Source: a virus
IMG/VR virus record: IMGVR_UViG_3300014879_000002
Span: 1-42,459 of that record
Strand: one strand, 5' to 3'
DNA: 42,459 bases
Shown: one piece after another, positions 40,492 through 42,459 of the stretch
Layout: each line of letters starts with the position of its first letter
How positions within the stretch are numbered: the stretch's first letter is position 1
Made by a program: the position numbers and the translations under genes
The notes under the pieces: model-generated
The model's input: only the letters and a program-made list of their open reading frames with translations
Database searches by the model: none
Told to the model about the DNA's origin: nothing

Positions 40492-40754
40492 AACTACTAA
40501 TTATCTTTTTGCTGACTTCAGCAGTATGTTATGGGCAATCAGATTCAACAGCAATAACGCAGGAGGTTTTCTTTTCCCCGTTAATTAATAAATACGGTTT
40601 AGTAACAAACAATGGGAGTAGTTATGATAATGTGGTACATGGTACTTTAGAGTTTGTTGAACAGCAAAAGGAAATTGAATATCAAAAAGCATGGTTAAGA
40701 AGAAAACCTATTAGGATTGTAACTGTAAAATGTAAATCACCCTTTAAGAAATGA
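40488..40754 (+). CDS. Small exported protein (88 aa from ATG 40488)
   Basis: 'MKLLIIFLLTSAVCYG|QSDS' is a signal peptide with Gln at +1. The track ORF 40404..40754 starts at an upstream non-ATG codon in the same frame. Confidence 0.55.
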   Translation: MKLLIIFLLTSAVCYGQSDSTAITQEVFFSPLINKYGLVTNNGSSYDNVVHGTLEFVEQQKEIEYQKAWLRRKPIRIVTVKCKSPFKK

Positions 40755-41398
40755 AGCTAATCAACGGTAATACAATGGAGTTAAACTTGCTCTCAGATCA
40801 GGCAAGGAATCATTTTGATAACCCCAGAAACTACACAGACTTTATCATAGCAGAATGGGATGAGTTACCTTATTCCGGATACCTCAAACCTAATTCAATT
40901 ATACTGGACATAGGGGCTAACATAGGATTATTTGGATTGCACGTGAAACCATTTGCCAAAAGACTAATTTGCGTTGAGCCTACACCTGAACACATGAAGA
41001 TCCAAAAAGAACTCTTAGATGCAGAACATGAACAAGCTGCGTTAAATTCATACACAGGCAAAGCAAGGTTCAGAAACGAGCCGGTGAATACCACAATGAA
41101 CACTTTACGGGAAAGCTCAGACGCTTACGAAGTGGATTGTATTACACTTAAAGACTTGTGCATCAAATACGAATTAGACAAAGTTGATTTCTGCAAAGTG
41201 GATATAGAGGGAAGCGAATGGCAAGCATTGACAGTAGAAAGACTCAAAGAAGTCAAAGGGATTATTAAATCCTTTTTCGTTGAGCTGCACCCCAGGACAG
41301 GGGTATCACAGTTTGAGATGGGTAAAAGATTCGAAGAGGCCGGCTATAAAGTAAAAGTAATTGATTACAACGGCTCAATTTATTGTTATGAAACTTAG
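40751..41398 (+). CDS. FkbM-family SAM-dependent methyltransferase (215 aa)
   Basis: 'ILDIGANIGLFGLHV', 'ICVEPTPEH', 'FCKVDIEGSEWQAL' and 'FFVELHP' match FkbM family motifs. Confidence 0.7.
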   Translation: MKLINGNTMELNLLSDQARNHFDNPRNYTDFIIAEWDELPYSGYLKPNSIILDIGANIGLFGLHVKPFAKRLICVEPTPEHMKIQKELLDAEHEQAALNSYTGKARFRNEPVNTTMNTLRESSDAYEVDCITLKDLCIKYELDKVDFCKVDIEGSEWQALTVERLKEVKGIIKSFFVELHPRTGVSQFEMGKRFEEAGYKVKVIDYNGSIYCYET

Positions 41399-42071
41399 AG
41401 TATTAACTACATCCCACACCACAGATAACCAGGGCTGGCGCAAGCTGGAAGAGAGTTTAAAAAAATTCAACTATGAATACACCCACATCCTACACCCGTT
41501 CTCATTCGGTCATCAGTTGCCTGTTATCCGTGATTGGTGTCTTAATAATCGCGGTAGCTGTACTCATATTTTATATACTGACTGCTTCGATACTATTGCT
41601 TATTCGGGTCCCGAAGAGGTTGAAGGCAAGTTCCCGGAATGTAAAATGCTTATCTCAGCAGAAAAGGCGTGCTATCCCCATCCCTCCCGAGCTACAGACT
41701 ATCCGGAAACAAGTACACCCTGGAAGTATGTCAATGGAGGAGGCTGGATGGTTGAACTAGAATACTTCCTTCACCTGTGCCAAAAAGAAAGATTAGACCA
41801 TAACTCCCACGACCAGGTATGGCTAATGGATTCATTCTTAAGGAATCAGGACGAAATAAATATTGATAACAACTGTGAAATATTTCAAACGATAGCGTTT
41901 AGTCATAAGGAAGAATGGGTAAAGGGCGGACAAACAACAAGGTATGGTTCACAGGATGATAGGGGGAGTTATTTAGAAGTAACTATACCAAGGTTCCAAA
42001 ACATTGGCACACAATCGTTTCCGGTATTTTTTCACGGCAATGGTCACACAGATATGCAATGGCTATATTAA
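41388..42071 (+). CDS. Glycosyltransferase-like protein (227 aa from ATG 41388), PLOD/LH3-GT-like
   Basis: 'ILYTDCFDTIA', 'LISAEKACYPHP' and 'KYVNGGGWMVELEYF' resemble the 'fsAEkncWP ... yLNSGgfiG' pattern of lysyl-hydroxylase-type GT domains. This rests on memory of the pattern only. Confidence 0.4.
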   Translation: MKLRVLTTSHTTDNQGWRKLEESLKKFNYEYTHILHPFSFGHQLPVIRDWCLNNRGSCTHILYTDCFDTIAYSGPEEVEGKFPECKMLISAEKACYPHPSRATDYPETSTPWKYVNGGGWMVELEYFLHLCQKERLDHNSHDQVWLMDSFLRNQDEINIDNNCEIFQTIAFSHKEEWVKGGQTTRYGSQDDRGSYLEVTIPRFQNIGTQSFPVFFHGNGHTDMQWLY

Positions 42072-42194
42072 TTTTATGAAGATAGTTATTCAAATACAGA
42101 TAATATGTGGGTAAAGGTGTACGCTGAAAATCAATTAGTTGCCACCGAATTAAGTTGTTATAAGCAAAATCCGACAGATACAGCACAATTACAG

Positions 42195-42459
42195 ATGAAA
42201 GATGATATACAACCATATAAGTTTCAGCCGGGGCAATCAGGCAATCCAAACGGGAGGCCGCTAAAGATTCACACCATACTGAAGGCATCGGGATACACCT
42301 TAGACGATATACGGGAAGCGTTCAAAGAAATAGGCTGGAATGATATTGATAAAATGGAAGAGATTGTTGAAGATAGAAAGCAGCCATTAATTATCAAAGT
42401 GGTTGCAAGGGCTTTCATTAAAGCTTCAGAGAAAGGTGATTTCAGGTACATCTCGGAAA
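42195..42459 (+). CDS. terS: Small terminase subunit, 5' part (open at the window end; continues at 124..230 through the repeat)
   Basis: ATG at 42195, with an alternative in-frame ATG at 42105. The N-terminus 'MKDDIQPYKFQPGQSGNPNGRP' carries the PGQSGNPxGRP motif typical of DUF5681-type phage small terminases. The offset 42336 is divisible by 3, so it shares a frame with ORF 18..230. The joined product is 123 aa, or 153 aa from 42105. Confidence 0.6.
   Translation, partial: MKDDIQPYKFQPGQSGNPNGRPLKIHTILKASGYTLDDIREAFKEIGWNDIDKMEEIVEDRKQPLIIKVVARAFIKASEKGDFRYISE
42337..42459. repeat. Right copy of the 123-bp exact direct terminal repeat
   Basis: Identical to bases 1-123. Confidence 0.95.

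Noticed and set aside
41473-41760. Alternate-frame 95-aa plus-strand ORF inside the last glycosyltransferase-like gene.
   Set aside because: It lies entirely within a longer ORF that shows family-like motifs, and there is no independent support.

Overview
The window is a complete, circularly closed genome of a tailed dsDNA phage (Caudoviricetes), 42336 bp unique. Bases 1-123 recur exactly at 42337-42459, and a small-terminase ORF reads in frame across that junction. The host is probably a member of the Bacteroidota. Several exported phage proteins have signal peptides that end just before a Gln ('...GYG|Q', '...SIG|Q', '...CYG|Q', '...LSS|Q'), TAnnTTTG-type -7 boxes occur in the intergenic regions, and genes are packed with ATGA stop/start overlaps rather than obvious Shine-Dalgarno sites. 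There are two transcription blocks. (i) A long rightward block (33226 -> end/1 -> 27381) carries a sigma-like regulator, a ParB-like protein, a ~6.7-kb sugar-modification/glycosylation island, terS/terL, virion genes, a lysis cassette, an RNase-H-fold exonuclease and a set of small exported proteins and lipoproteins. (ii) A leftward early block (32976 -> 27284) carries an SSB, a pentapeptide-repeat protein, NinB-like and NinG-like recombination genes, a miniature C5-methyltransferase-like gene and HTH proteins. I recognised no rRNA, tRNA, CRISPR array, integrase, DNA polymerase, primase or helicase. The most interesting content, in order: the glycosylation island (three glycosyltransferases, an SDR epimerase/dehydratase, a truncated split transketolase-like ThDP enzyme and two sugar-type methyltransferases); an array of six 12-bp repeats that puts six in-frame TAA stops between two virion genes sharing one frame; a candidate -1 frameshift on a T9 tract; a phage pentapeptide-repeat (DNA-mimic-type) protein; large exported enzymes inside the virion module; and two ORF-free structured regions in the early block. 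All functional calls come from motifs read by eye in the translations. No database search was run.
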